From: Escherichia phage Pisces
Sequence record: MK903277.1
DNA: 39,497 nt
Reading direction: 5' to 3' (one strand)
Every line of letters begins with the position of its first letter. The first letter of the stretch is position 1. The position numbers and the translations under genes were made by a program. A model generated the notes under the pieces. That model did no database searches, was not told the origin of the DNA, and worked only from the letters and a program-made list of their open reading frames with translations. Positions 7,335-17,755 of the stretch are shown here, one piece after another.

Positions 7335-8404
7335 TGACTACTACCCTCAAGACCAACCCGCATCGCGCTGTAGATTACTCTGAGTCCGGCGTTAAGAAAG
7401 CACTGGCAGCAGCCGGGTCGCTGGAAGCCGAAGTGAAGTATGACGGTGTGCGCCTGAACCTCCCGGTCCTGCGTGAAGGTGAGACCTACTGGCTGAGCCG
7501 CGAGTCTAAGCCTCTGCCAGCCTTGGAGTGGATGAACTCTGAGTTAGGCAATGCGTGGACACAAGCTGACTGGCGCTGGTTCCTGCGTCAGGCTGGCTAC
7601 GAAGGCGTGGGCCTGATGATTGACGGCGAGGTCATGGTCAAAGGCGTGGACTTCAACACCTCCTCAGGTCTCATCCGAACGAAGTGGCTGAAGCCTAACA
7701 ACGAGGCGTTCGCTGAATGCTATCCGGGCCGTGGCAAGAAGGTCCCGTTCTGGGTCGCCCGGTCCCGACTTCAGGTTGTGGTCTACGGTGTCGTCGACAT
7801 GACGACCATAGCCGACCCGAAAGCCGAAGGTCCTATCCATAGCGTCACCCGCCTTAAGGCCGAAGCTATCGTCCCTCTCCTCCAGAAATACTTCCCGGAA
7901 ATCGACTGGGTTCTGTCTGAGTCACACACGGTCTTTGACCTTGAGTCGCTCAACTCCCTGTACGAAGAGAAGCGTCTGGAAGGACACGAGGGTCTGGTGG
8001 TCAAGGACCCGCTGGGTAACTACAAGCGTGGCAAGAAGTCAGGCATGTGGAAGATGAAGCCTGAGGACACCATCGACGGGACTGTATGTGGCCTCGTGTG
8101 GGGGACTCAGGGTAAGGCCAACGAAGGCAAGGTCATCGGCTTTGAGGTGCTGCTGGAAGATGGCATGGTGGTCAACGCCTGTGGTCTGACCGAGGAGCAG
8201 AAGGATGAGTTCACTAAGACCGTTCTGTCTGGACCGTCGGTCGGTGAGTGGGAAGAGGCGCAACGCACTGGCGAAGTACCGAACCCATACGAAGGATGGC
8301 AGGTCGAAGTCCTCTTCATGGAGCGCTTCCCGGACGGCTCCCTGCGTCACCCAAGTTTCAACCAGTGGCGTGGCACGGAAGACAATCCAACCGTTAAGAG
8401 TTAA
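7334..8404 (+). CDS. ATP-dependent DNA ligase (gene 1.3)
   Basis: Start ATG overlaps gene 1.2 stop (TAATG); KYDGVR adenylation motif; EGHEGLVVKDP, KKSGMWKMKPE and SLRHPSF blocks as in T7 ligase. Confidence 0.9.
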   Translation: MTTTLKTNPHRAVDYSESGVKKALAAAGSLEAEVKYDGVRLNLPVLREGETYWLSRESKPLPALEWMNSELGNAWTQADWRWFLRQAGYEGVGLMIDGEVMVKGVDFNTSSGLIRTKWLKPNNEAFAECYPGRGKKVPFWVARSRLQVVVYGVVDMTTIADPKAEGPIHSVTRLKAEAIVPLLQKYFPEIDWVLSESHTVFDLESLNSLYEEKRLEGHEGLVVKDPLGNYKRGKKSGMWKMKPEDTIDGTVCGLVWGTQGKANEGKVIGFEVLLEDGMVVNACGLTEEQKDEFTKTVLSGPSVGEWEEAQRTGEVPNPYEGWQVEVLFMERFPDGSLRHPSFNQWRGTEDNPTVKS

Positions 8405-8415
8405 CTGAACGTCAA

Positions 8416-8449
8416 CCCAGTGGTCTTCGCGGACTGCTGGGTTTCTTTG
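8416..8449 (+). terminator. Rho-independent terminator (T7 TE-like) after the ligase gene
   Basis: Hairpin CCCAGTGG...CTGCTGGG followed by TTTCTTT; same position as the T7 early terminator TE. Confidence 0.55.
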
Positions 8450-8470
8450 CGTCTGGGCCTCCAGCGACCC

Positions 8471-8490
8471 TAAACTATCACTGTAGGACA
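8471..8490 (+). promoter_or_regulatory. Phage RNAP promoter
   Basis: TAAACTATCACTGTAGGACA (G at -2). Confidence 0.65.
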
Positions 8491-8514
8491 ACCATCAACC
8501 TAAGGAGAAACCTT

Positions 8515-8769
8515 ATGTCTAAGAACTTAATGTTCAACCGTTTCAGCCAGACCTTCCACCTGTCACACAATCCGTTCGCTTGCATTAAGCGTAACGAGAA
8601 GGTGGGCTTCTTCGGGAAGGCCGTTAAGCTGTCACCCACAGTCTACGCTCTGATTGTTCCGAGCAAAGTAGAAGAGGCTCGCCAGAAGAAAGAGACCAGT
8701 GTACCAGTGGTCTACACCAAGTGGCCTCGCGTTCGTCTGGTGCTGGAGTTCATCAAGGAGGAGTTCTAA
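8515..8769 (+). CDS. Gene 1.6-like hypothetical protein (84 aa)
   Basis: SD AAGGAGA upstream; position after the ligase as T7 gene 1.6. Confidence 0.5.
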   Translation: MSKNLMFNRFSQTFHLSHNPFACIKRNEKVGFFGKAVKLSPTVYALIVPSKVEEARQKKETSVPVVYTKWPRVRLVLEFIKEEF

Positions 8770-9146
8770 TGGCTCATTATTGTGTGGACTGTCAGGAAGA
8801 CCATACGGATTGCACCTGCCACCTGAAGTATCAGGCTCAGAGTCAGGAGTGCTCACCAACGTACACTGGCGGGTCTGCTGATTACTACCAAGTGCCTGTC
8901 ACCAAGACTACGACTCCCGGTCGCCCGGACTACATCGCTGAATGCAACGACATTATCGAGGCTCTCGGTATGAACTTTGCGGAAGGCAATGCGTTCAAGG
9001 CCATCTGGCGTCGAGCTGCTCAACGGACCTTAGGTCTGCGTAAGGCTGGCGCTAAAGACGATGGACTGTACGATGCTGAGAAGGTCGAGTTCTTCGGTGC
9101 TCGTCTGGTAGCTCAAAGCAAGGCGGCTGGTCATGACTCCAAGTAG
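8769..9146 (+). CDS. Gene 1.7-like protein (Cys-rich N-terminus, conserved C-terminal domain)
   Basis: ATG overlaps upstream stop (TAATG); C-terminal block IEALGMNFAEGNAFKAIWR...RKAG resembles the T7 gp1.7 C-terminus as I recall it. Confidence 0.5.
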   Translation: MAHYCVDCQEDHTDCTCHLKYQAQSQECSPTYTGGSADYYQVPVTKTTTPGRPDYIAECNDIIEALGMNFAEGNAFKAIWRRAAQRTLGLRKAGAKDDGLYDAEKVEFFGARLVAQSKAAGHDSK

Positions 9147-9224
9147 CTGGTGCTTTAGACAGTGGGTCTCAACCGGGAACGTGGACTATCTGTCCATGTA
9201 CCATATGTGGAAGGAGAAAGGACT

Positions 9225-9389
9225 ATGAGCCTTGAAGAAAAGAAGTACATCGTGGAACTTGAAGGTCGCGTTCAGTCCTTTGATGTCCCGGTCTACGCTA
9301 AGTCTCTGGACGAGGCGACCCTGAAGGCTCAGGAATATGAAGATGCTGGTTTCGTGGTAGGCCGCATCCGACCTGAGCTGCACGACTAA
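9225..9389 (+). CDS. Gene 2 homologue, inhibitor of host RNA polymerase
   Basis: 54 aa from ATG 9225 (SD GGAAGGAG); [14 protein letters not shown]...[11 protein letters not shown] parallels T7 Gp2 SFEVPIYAETLDEA...AGFEVTRVRP. Confidence 0.8.
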   Translation: MSLEEKKYIVELEGRVQSFDVPVYAKSLDEATLKAQEYEDAGFVVGRIRPELHD

Positions 9390-9406
9390 ACTATCACTTT
9401 AGGAAC
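9387..9406 (+). promoter_or_regulatory. Phage RNAP promoter (phi2.5-like)
   Basis: TAAACTATCACTTTAGGAAC (T at -2). Confidence 0.6.
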
Positions 9407-9434
9407 ACCTTAACTTTAACTAGGAGATTTACCG

Positions 9435-10130
9435 ATGGCTAAAGAGCAACTGAAAACTTTCACCACTCCGGTCGCTGGTCTGGTTGAGCCGTATAGCTGG
9501 CTGAACAAGGCAGACACCAAGTTCAACGAGCGCGGTGAGCACAAAGTCAACCTGACGTTCGACCTGAGCGACCCGAAAGTCCGCAAGATGATTGACGTCT
9601 TGCAGAAGATTCACGACGATGCGTATGCGAAAGCACTCGCAGACCACGAGAAGAACCCACCTCAGGTTCAGCGTGGCAAGAAGCCTATCGAACCGCGTGA
9701 AGGCGATATGCCGTGGATTGAGAACGGTGACGGTACTGTTACCCTGAAGTTCAAATGCTTTGCGTCTTACTTGAAAGACGGCAAGTCCGAGCCTATCGTA
9801 TTACGGTTCTACGACACCGATGCTAAACTCATCCGTGACGTCCCGAATATTGGCACCGGGTCTAAGCTGAAGGTCAAGTTCAAAGTTCTGCCGTTCAAGT
9901 GGAATGCTGCGACTGGCGCAAGCGTTAAGCTGCAACTCGAATCCGTGCTGCTGGTCGAACTCAAAGAGTGGTCCGGCGATGGCACTGGTGGTGATGGTGG
10001 CTGGGGTGACGATGAAGACATCGGCTCTGGTGGATACAAAGCGTCTACTGACGGTGACTTCGGGTCTGATGACTTCGGTGAAGATGCCGAAGGTGGTGAT
10101 GACTCTGCGTCCGGTGACTACGACTTCTAA
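9435..10130 (+). CDS. Single-stranded DNA-binding protein (gene 2.5)
   Basis: 231 aa; GKKPIEPREGDMPW and SKLKVKF...ASVKLQLESVLLVEL match T7 gp2.5; acidic C-terminal tail ending in F. Confidence 0.9.
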   Translation: MAKEQLKTFTTPVAGLVEPYSWLNKADTKFNERGEHKVNLTFDLSDPKVRKMIDVLQKIHDDAYAKALADHEKNPPQVQRGKKPIEPREGDMPWIENGDGTVTLKFKCFASYLKDGKSEPIVLRFYDTDAKLIRDVPNIGTGSKLKVKFKVLPFKWNAATGASVKLQLESVLLVELKEWSGDGTGGDGGWGDDEDIGSGGYKASTDGDFGSDDFGEDAEGGDDSASGDYDF

Positions 10131-10132
10131 TC

Positions 10133-10585
10133 GTGGCTGCATGGACACCAAAACGGGGGCACTCTGTGGGTGCCTACCGCTCTGGACTTGAGGCCAAGAA
10201 CCAGCAGTGGCTGGAACAGAACGGCGTCAAAGCGGAGTACGAAAGCCATTATATCAACTATGTGATTCCGGCTTCCGACCACAAGTACACACCAGACTTC
10301 ATCCTTCCGAATGGCATCATAGTCGAGACCAAAGGTATCTTCGACAGTGAGGACCGCAAGAAGCATATGCTGGTGCGCGAGCAACACCCTGAGCTGGACA
10401 TCCGGTTCGTGTTCTCGTCCTCCCGCTCCAAGCTGTACAAAGGGTCCCCGACCACGTATGGCGCATGGTGCGAAAAGAACGGCTTCAAGTTTGCCGACAA
10501 GTTTATCCCGGTTGAGTGGCTGAAAGAGGCGACTGTACGTCTGCCTTCCGGTATTCTCATCCCGAAGAAAGGAGCTAAGAAATGA
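10133..10585 (+). CDS. Endonuclease I, Holliday-junction resolvase (gene 3)
   Basis: GAYRSGLE, YVIPAS, YTPDF, PNGIIVETKG and REQHPELDIRFVFSSSRSKLYKGSPTTYG match T7 endonuclease I; apparent GTG start immediately after the gene 2.5 stop. Confidence 0.9.
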   Translation: MAAWTPKRGHSVGAYRSGLEAKNQQWLEQNGVKAEYESHYINYVIPASDHKYTPDFILPNGIIVETKGIFDSEDRKKHMLVREQHPELDIRFVFSSSRSKLYKGSPTTYGAWCEKNGFKFADKFIPVEWLKEATVRLPSGILIPKKGAKK

Positions 10586-10809
10586 CCTTTAAAGAAGTCC
10601 AGATTGTCCGCGAGCGTCTGACCATTGATAAAATCCCGGTGGGCTATGCGTTCATCGTTCATGGTCGCCCGGACGAAGTGTACGTGAAGATTAGCAACTC
10701 GCACGTCTTCAACCATAAGCGTCTCCAGATGCACACGACTGTCAGCGAGCGCTTCAAGCCTCACCTGAACCTCGTTATCGTCGAGCTGGTGGTGTACAAT
10801 GGTAAGTAA
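10582..10809 (+). CDS. Hypothetical protein (75 aa) between endonuclease I and amidase
   Basis: ATG overlaps the endonuclease stop (ATGA); genes 3 and 3.5 are adjacent in T7, so this is an insertion. Confidence 0.45.
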   Translation: MTFKEVQIVRERLTIDKIPVGYAFIVHGRPDEVYVKISNSHVFNHKRLQMHTTVSERFKPHLNLVIVELVVYNGK

Positions 10810-11257
10810 GGTACAGTTCAAACCGCGTACAGTCACTGACGCAATCTTCGTCCACTGTAGTGCGACCCAACCGTCTCAGGACATCGGGGTAGACACTATC
10901 CGCATGTGGCACAAGCAGCAGGGCTGGCTGGACGTAGGCTACCACTTCGTCATCAAACGCGATGGCACCGTGGAGTCTGGACGTCCGGTCGATGTAGTAG
11001 GGTCACACGTTAAGGATTGGAACTCCCGGTCCGTAGGCGTCTGCCTTGTAGGTGGAATCGACGCTAAGGGCAAGTTTGAAGCTAACTTCACTCCTGCTCA
11101 GATGAGCGCCCTACGCAACAAGCTGGCTGAACTGAAGGTCCTATACCCTCAGGCAGACATCAAGGCGCACCACGATGTAGCACCAAAGGCCTGTCCAAGT
11201 TTTGACTTGCAGCGCTGGCTGAACACTAACGAAATGGTCACTTCCGACCGAGGATAA
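10799..11257 (+). CDS. N-acetylmuramoyl-L-alanine amidase / T7 lysozyme (gene 3.5)
   Basis: 152 aa; VQFKPR..TDAIFVHCSAT, WLDVGYHF, VGVCLVGGID and HHDVAPKACPSFD match T7 lysozyme. Confidence 0.92.
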   Translation: MVSKVQFKPRTVTDAIFVHCSATQPSQDIGVDTIRMWHKQQGWLDVGYHFVIKRDGTVESGRPVDVVGSHVKDWNSRSVGVCLVGGIDAKGKFEANFTPAQMSALRNKLAELKVLYPQADIKAHHDVAPKACPSFDLQRWLNTNEMVTSDRG

Positions 11258-11275
11258 TAACAAAGGAGGCATTAT

Positions 11276-11467
11276 ATGTGCAACTTGGTAGAGCTTATCC
11301 GAGTTACCATGATTCAGAACGAGGTGCGCAACTATGCGTATCTTGACTTAATGCGGATACTTCAGGTCAGCAAGCCCGTGGTTAAGAAGCTGGTATTCGC
11401 GTGGATGTATCGGGCAACCGAGGAAAGGCTTCAATCAATCTTAAGAGGAGAAGACAACAATGATTAA
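11276..11467 (+). CDS. Hypothetical protein (63 aa)
   Basis: Strong SD AAAGGAGG upstream of ATG. Confidence 0.45.
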   Translation: MCNLVELIRVTMIQNEVRNYAYLDLMRILQVSKPVVKKLVFAWMYRATEERLQSILRGEDNND

Positions 11468-11672
11468 ATTTATCGAATTTCTGGGTCGTCTGGTTGTGCG
11501 TGGCTATTCTCGTGCTGCGAGTGTGGAACGAAAAGTCGCATCTGCTGCGGCTAAAGGTGCGGAAGCGGCTGCTGCGGAAGCGGATAGTCTGCGCATCAAG
11601 TCTCTGGACGCTGGCCTCCGTGCGCGTGGTCTGGACAAGAAGGCCGAGCAACTGAAAGGCTTCTTCAGCTAA
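11460..11672 (+). CDS. Hypothetical Ala-rich basic protein (70 aa)
   Basis: Start overlaps previous ORF; immediately upstream of a promoter. Confidence 0.4.
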   Translation: MIKFIEFLGRLVVRGYSRAASVERKVASAAAKGAEAAAAEADSLRIKSLDAGLRARGLDKKAEQLKGFFS

Positions 11673-11689
11673 ACTATCACCTTAGGGAT
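11670..11689 (+). promoter_or_regulatory. Phage RNAP promoter (phi4-like)
   Basis: TAAACTATCACCTTAGGGAT (two deviations from consensus). Confidence 0.55.
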
Positions 11690-11737
11690 GAGACCATGAG
11701 TCTTGTCCCTTTGTTCGCACTATTGATTAAGGAGTGA

Positions 11738-13444
<1,707 letters not shown>

Positions 13445-13452
13445 GGAGCAAT

Positions 13453-13617
13453 ATGTTCAAGAAACTTAAGTCCCGATACCACACGTTCATGTACAAGTGG
13501 TGGAACGATGAGGCCAACTGTCTGTCCCGAATCCTTGGAGACCAGCGGTTTGACTCTAAGGCGTGGAAGCGAGCGAACCAGAAGTTCATGTATCACTTCC
13601 TGCGTATCGACTACTAA
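13453..13617 (+). CDS. Hypothetical small protein (54 aa)
   Basis: SD AAGGAG 4 nt upstream of ATG 13453 (the ORF track's 13423 start overlaps gene 4). Confidence 0.45.
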   Translation: MFKKLKSRYHTFMYKWWNDEANCLSRILGDQRFDSKAWKRANQKFMYHFLRIDY

Positions 13618-13635
13618 GCTATCACTGTAGGATAG
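13615..13635 (+). promoter_or_regulatory. Phage RNAP promoter (phi4.7-like)
   Basis: TAAGCTATCACTGTAGGATAG. Confidence 0.55.
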
Positions 13636-13680
13636 ACTCAAGGTCATTCACTTCGAGTGGCCTTTATGATTAGACTATAG
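13636..13680 (+). promoter_or_regulatory. Putative RNase III processing hairpin (R4.7-like)
   Basis: ACTCAAGGTCATTCACTTCGAGTGGCCTTTATGATTAGA, a member of the AGACTCAAGGTC...GGCCTT(T/C)ATGATTA family. Confidence 0.45.
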
Positions 13681-13688
13681 GAGACATT

Positions 13689-15860
13689 ATGATTGACTTA
13701 CAGAACATCTGGGGTTCGGACATTGAGACCAACGGTCTTCTTGATACCGTCTCTCAGTTCCACTGTGGGGTCCTGATTAACGCCGAGTCGAATGAGACCC
13801 TGAAGTATGGGGTAGCTCCGATGGTAGGTATCGTCGGCGGCTTCAAAGAATACGTGCAGAAGGTAGAAGAGATTGCAGCCACACCGCATGGACTTCTGGT
13901 CTTCCATAACGGGATTAACTATGACGTCCCGGCGATTGACATTCTGAAGCGTAAGTATTTCGGTAAACGTTTCAACTTCCCGAAACAGAAGATGATTGAC
14001 ACGCTGGTCATGGGCCGACTGATATACCCGAACATTAAGTTCTCGGACATTGGGGCCGTGAAAGCTGGTCGTCTTCCACCTAAGATGATGGGCCGACAGT
14101 CGCTTGAAGCGTGGGGCTATCGTCTGGGCGAGATGAAGGGTGAGTATAAGACAGACTACATTGCCAAGTGCAAGGCCGAAGGTATCGAATATAAGGCTGG
14201 GGACGAGTGGTTGTTCCCAAGCCAAGAGATGCTCGACTATAACGTCCAAGACGTTGTGGTCACTCTGGCCCTGTTCAAGAAGTTCCTGACCGATAAGTTC
14301 TACTTCGGGACACCTGAAGCGGGACTTGAAGCAGTGTATGCGTTACGTCTGGAACATGACGCTGCGTGGACCTGTGCGAAGATGGAGCGTAACGGCTACC
14401 CGATGAACTCGGAGATAGTCGAAGGCTTGTACCGCGAGCTGTCTATCAAACGTGCTGAGCTTTTGGATAAGCTGCGGTCAACGTTCGGTAGCTGGTATTC
14501 ACCGAAAGGTGGCAAGGAGTTCTTCAGGCACCCACGCTCAGGTGTGGACCTGCCGAAGTACCCGCGAGTCGTCTATCCGAAAGTCGGAGCAATCTTCAAG
14601 AAGCCGAAGAACAAAGCGCAACGCTTAGGTCTGGAGCCTTGCGAACGAGACTCCCGCGATACGATGGAAGGCGCACCGTTCACACCGATTAGCTTCGTTG
14701 AGTTTAATCCGGGCAGTGGCGACCACTTGGCTAAGGTTCTGATGGACCGAGGATGGGAGCCGACTGAGTTCACGGAGACCGGGAAGCCGAAGTGTGATGA
14801 CGAAACGCTGGAAGGCGTGGTGCTGTCAGACCCTGAGGCCCAAGCCTGTCTGGAGCTGGTCCGTGAGTATCTGGTAGTCCAGAAGCGTATCGGTCAAGCG
14901 GCTGAAGGCAAGAACGCATGGCTGCGACTGGTGGGTCCTGACGGGAGGATGCACGGGTCGATTAACCCTTGTGGTGCTGTGACTGGACGTGCGACCCATA
15001 GTTCACCGAACATGGCTCAAGTCCCGGCTAACGGTGCTCCTTGGGGTGAAATCTGCCGTAGTGCTTTCGGTGCTCAGTGGAACCAGAATGCTGGTACGCC
15101 AGACCCTTGGATTCAAGTTGGGGTCGATGCCTCAGGTCTTGAACTCCGCTGTCTGGGGAACCGAGCGTCTCCGTTCGATGGTGGCGAATATGCGAAGACC
15201 GTGGTCGAGGGGGACATCCACTGGGCCAATGCGGTCAACGCCGGGTTAGCACCTAACGTCCCACGCGATAAGTCAAGCCACGACCACGATGCTTTCCGCA
15301 ACAACGCTAAGACGTTCATCTATGCGTTCCTGTATGGCGCAGGGGCCGCGAAGATTGGACTGATAGTCGGCGGCGGTAAGAAGGAAGGTTCGGCCCTGAT
15401 GAAGAAATTCATTGAGGGTACGCCAGCTATCAAGGACCTGCGAGAGGCTGTGCAGAACACGCTAATCTCCGAGTCCAAGTGGGTAGACGGTGAGAACATT
15501 GTGAAGTGGAAACGTCGCTGGCTGAAAGGTCTGGACGGTCGACGCATTCATATCCGGTCTCCACACTCAGCACTTAACGCCTTACTTCAGGGTGACGGTG
15601 CGGTGGTCTGTAAGCACTGGATTGTCGAGACCGAGCGTATGCTCGAAGAGGCCGGGTACGTCCACGGCTGGGAAGGAGACTTCGCGTACATGGCTTGGGT
15701 CCACGATGAGCTACAGATAGCGTGTCGTACTCAGGAGATTGCCGAAGAAGTCGTCAAGATTGCTCAGCTTGCCATGCGTAAGGTGGGTGAGTTCTATAAC
15801 TTTAAATGCGTCCTTGACACCGAAGGGAAGATTGGACCAACGTGGAAGGAGTGTCACTAA
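13689..15860 (+). CDS. DNA polymerase (gene 5), family A with 3'-5' exonuclease
   Basis: 723 aa; DIETNGL exo motif; long collinear identity to T7 DNAP (FGSWY.PKGG, RATHSSPN.AQ.P, KTFIYAFLYGAG, DFAYMAWVHDE). Confidence 0.95.
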   Translation: MIDLQNIWGSDIETNGLLDTVSQFHCGVLINAESNETLKYGVAPMVGIVGGFKEYVQKVEEIAATPHGLLVFHNGINYDVPAIDILKRKYFGKRFNFPKQKMIDTLVMGRLIYPNIKFSDIGAVKAGRLPPKMMGRQSLEAWGYRLGEMKGEYKTDYIAKCKAEGIEYKAGDEWLFPSQEMLDYNVQDVVVTLALFKKFLTDKFYFGTPEAGLEAVYALRLEHDAAWTCAKMERNGYPMNSEIVEGLYRELSIKRAELLDKLRSTFGSWYSPKGGKEFFRHPRSGVDLPKYPRVVYPKVGAIFKKPKNKAQRLGLEPCERDSRDTMEGAPFTPISFVEFNPGSGDHLAKVLMDRGWEPTEFTETGKPKCDDETLEGVVLSDPEAQACLELVREYLVVQKRIGQAAEGKNAWLRLVGPDGRMHGSINPCGAVTGRATHSSPNMAQVPANGAPWGEICRSAFGAQWNQNAGTPDPWIQVGVDASGLELRCLGNRASPFDGGEYAKTVVEGDIHWANAVNAGLAPNVPRDKSSHDHDAFRNNAKTFIYAFLYGAGAAKIGLIVGGGKKEGSALMKKFIEGTPAIKDLREAVQNTLISESKWVDGENIVKWKRRWLKGLDGRRIHIRSPHSALNALLQGDGAVVCKHWIVETERMLEEAGYVHGWEGDFAYMAWVHDELQIACRTQEIAEEVVKIAQLAMRKVGEFYNFKCVLDTEGKIGPTWKECH

Positions 15861-16150
15861 TGGCTATGACCAAACGTATGCGAGTTTCGTTCTCGCTGGG
15901 TTCTGTACTGTCCACCGAAGATGTGGAGAACTTCAAGAAGGCTCTCTGCGAGCTGAGCCGTAAGGTCCTCAACGGTGAGAAGACCACTGGCTTTGAGCGT
16001 AAGATGGTTGAAGTTGGCGTGACTGAAGGTCTGGAAGCTGTAGTTGAGCTGGTCTTCAAGAAAGGTATCGTCGACGGGCTGAAAGAAGACCTGCGGCATT
16101 ACGCTGACCAGCCGAGCTTCGGTGACTTCCGGGTGGAGTTCAAACGATGA
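15860..16150 (+). CDS. Gene 5.5 homologue (H-NS-binding protein in T7)
   Basis: ATG overlaps DNAP stop (TAATG); MAMTKRMRVSF parallels T7 gp5.5 MAMTKKFKVSF. Confidence 0.7.
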   Translation: MAMTKRMRVSFSLGSVLSTEDVENFKKALCELSRKVLNGEKTTGFERKMVEVGVTEGLEAVVELVFKKGIVDGLKEDLRHYADQPSFGDFRVEFKR

Positions 16151-16356
16151 GCGAATACCTGCGGGTCCTTGCGGCCCTCAAGTCCTGCCCGAAGACCTTT
16201 CAGTCAAACTATGTGCGCAACAACGCTGCACTGGTGGCTGAGGCTGCGAGTCGTGGACATCTGAGCTGTCTGTCTATGGACGGGCGTAACAACGGTGCGT
16301 GGGAGATTACCGCTGCTGGCACCAAGTTCCTTAACCAACATGGAGGCTGTTTATGA
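16147..16356 (+). CDS. Gene 5.7 homologue
   Basis: 69 aa; LKSCPKTFQSNYVRNNAALVAEAASRGH and GAWEITAAGTKFL nearly identical to T7 gp5.7. Confidence 0.85.
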   Translation: MSEYLRVLAALKSCPKTFQSNYVRNNAALVAEAASRGHLSCLSMDGRNNGAWEITAAGTKFLNQHGGCL

Positions 16357-16688
16357 GCAACCCTTTAGATGACCTGAAGTCCCTGCTGAACGAGGAACCG
16401 TGGTCTGACGAACTGCCAGATGAGTGGGACGTAGTTGAGTCCGGTGACTGGACGGACTGCCACAAGGCTGAATCCAAAGAGGACATCATTAAGCACCTGC
16501 CTACTGGTCGCTTCTTTGAGGCCAGCTTCTACCGTACCGGGGACTACTGGCAGGGCTACGAGACTGAGTTCTCTAGTGTTGTAGAGGTCGAACCTTATGA
16601 GGCTGTTGTGGTCTTGTATCGCCCGGTAAAACTTCTGGCTGCTACGGTCCCGGCGATGAGCAAGGCAAAGGCGGTGAGCGATGAGTGA
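16353..16688 (+). CDS. Acidic hypothetical protein (111 aa) at the gene 5.9 position
   Basis: Overlapping start (ATGA); strongly acidic, D/E/W-rich N-terminal half. Confidence 0.5.
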   Translation: MSNPLDDLKSLLNEEPWSDELPDEWDVVESGDWTDCHKAESKEDIIKHLPTGRFFEASFYRTGDYWQGYETEFSSVVEVEPYEAVVVLYRPVKLLAATVPAMSKAKAVSDE

Positions 16689-17547
16689 CAAGAAGATTGC
16701 TCTGGTACTGGATGGAGACTTTCTGGTCTTCTCCTCTATGGCTGCGGCTGAAGATGAGACTGACTGGGGTGACGACATCTGGACGCTAATCTGCGACCAC
16801 GAGAAGGCCAAGCGCATCCTGATGAACACTATCAGTGAAATCGTTAAGAAGCGTAAGGCTTGGAAGGACGCTAAGATTGTGATGTGCTTCACTGACGATG
16901 TGAACTGGCGAAAGTCAATCCTGCCAACCTATAAGGCCAATCGTAAGGGTTCCCGTAAGCCTGTAGGCTACAAGAAGTTTGTGGCTGACATTATGGCTGA
17001 CCCTCAGTTCAACAGCTTCCTGCGGTCCACGCTGGAGGGTGACGACTGTATGGGCATCATCGGGACACGACCTCAGATTGTAGGCTGTGACCATGCGGTG
17101 CTGGTGTCCTGCGATAAGGACTTCAAGACCATCCCGAACTGTGAGTTCTACTGGTTAACCACTGGTGAAATCCTGAGTCACACGACTGCCGAGGCAGACT
17201 ACTGGCATATGGAGCAGACAATCAAGGGTGACATGACGGATGGTTACGGCGGTATTCCGGGATATGGAGAGGACACAACCCGTGCGTTCCTTGACGACCC
17301 GTACTACTTCGTGCAGGAGACCCGCGAGCTGAAGACTGGTAAGAACAAAGGTCAGCTCAAGGTCGAGTGGAAGAAGTATCCGAAGCGTGAAGACCAAACG
17401 TTGTGGGACTGCATGGTGACTCTGGCTGCTAAAGCCGGGATGACCGAGGAGGAACTTCTGGTCCAAGCTCAGGTCGCTCGCATCTGCCGAGCCTCCGACT
17501 ACGACCCTAAGTCCAAGGAGGTCATCTTGTGGACACCTTACATCTAA
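16681..17547 (+). CDS. 5'-3' exonuclease (gene 6, FEN-like)
   Basis: 288 aa; FTDDVNWRK, YKANRK, SCDKDFKTIPNCEFYW, TIKGDMTDGY and LWDCMVTLAAKAGMTEEE match T7 gp6. Confidence 0.92.
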   Translation: MSDKKIALVLDGDFLVFSSMAAAEDETDWGDDIWTLICDHEKAKRILMNTISEIVKKRKAWKDAKIVMCFTDDVNWRKSILPTYKANRKGSRKPVGYKKFVADIMADPQFNSFLRSTLEGDDCMGIIGTRPQIVGCDHAVLVSCDKDFKTIPNCEFYWLTTGEILSHTTAEADYWHMEQTIKGDMTDGYGGIPGYGEDTTRAFLDDPYYFVQETRELKTGKNKGQLKVEWKKYPKREDQTLWDCMVTLAAKAGMTEEELLVQAQVARICRASDYDPKSKEVILWTPYI

Positions 17548-17673
17548 TCTACTGGGCCGGACTTCTGGCCCTTTACGCGATGTACGCAATCAGTGGGTCT
17601 AACCGACCGAAGCACTGAGTCTAACCGATAGTCATAACCTATCGTTCTACTGGCCATCTATAGGTGAAACACT

Positions 17674-17692
17674 AAACTATCACTATAGGGAC
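17674..17692 (+). promoter_or_regulatory. Phage RNAP promoter (phi6.5-like)
   Basis: TAAACTATCACTATAGGGA; downstream leader resembles that of the promoter at 25906. Confidence 0.8.
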
Positions 17693-17755
17693 TTTAGGAC
17701 CTAAGTTATGACTATAAGATAGACTTAAGTTAATACTTTAAGAGGAGACTTTAAG

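Noticed and set aside
17550-17600. GGGCCGGACTTCTGGCCC hairpin followed by TTTACG after gene 6, considered as a terminator
   Set aside because: The U-tract is short and interrupted, and a phage promoter follows about 100 nt downstream; more likely a stabilising 3' structure. Kept as unproven.
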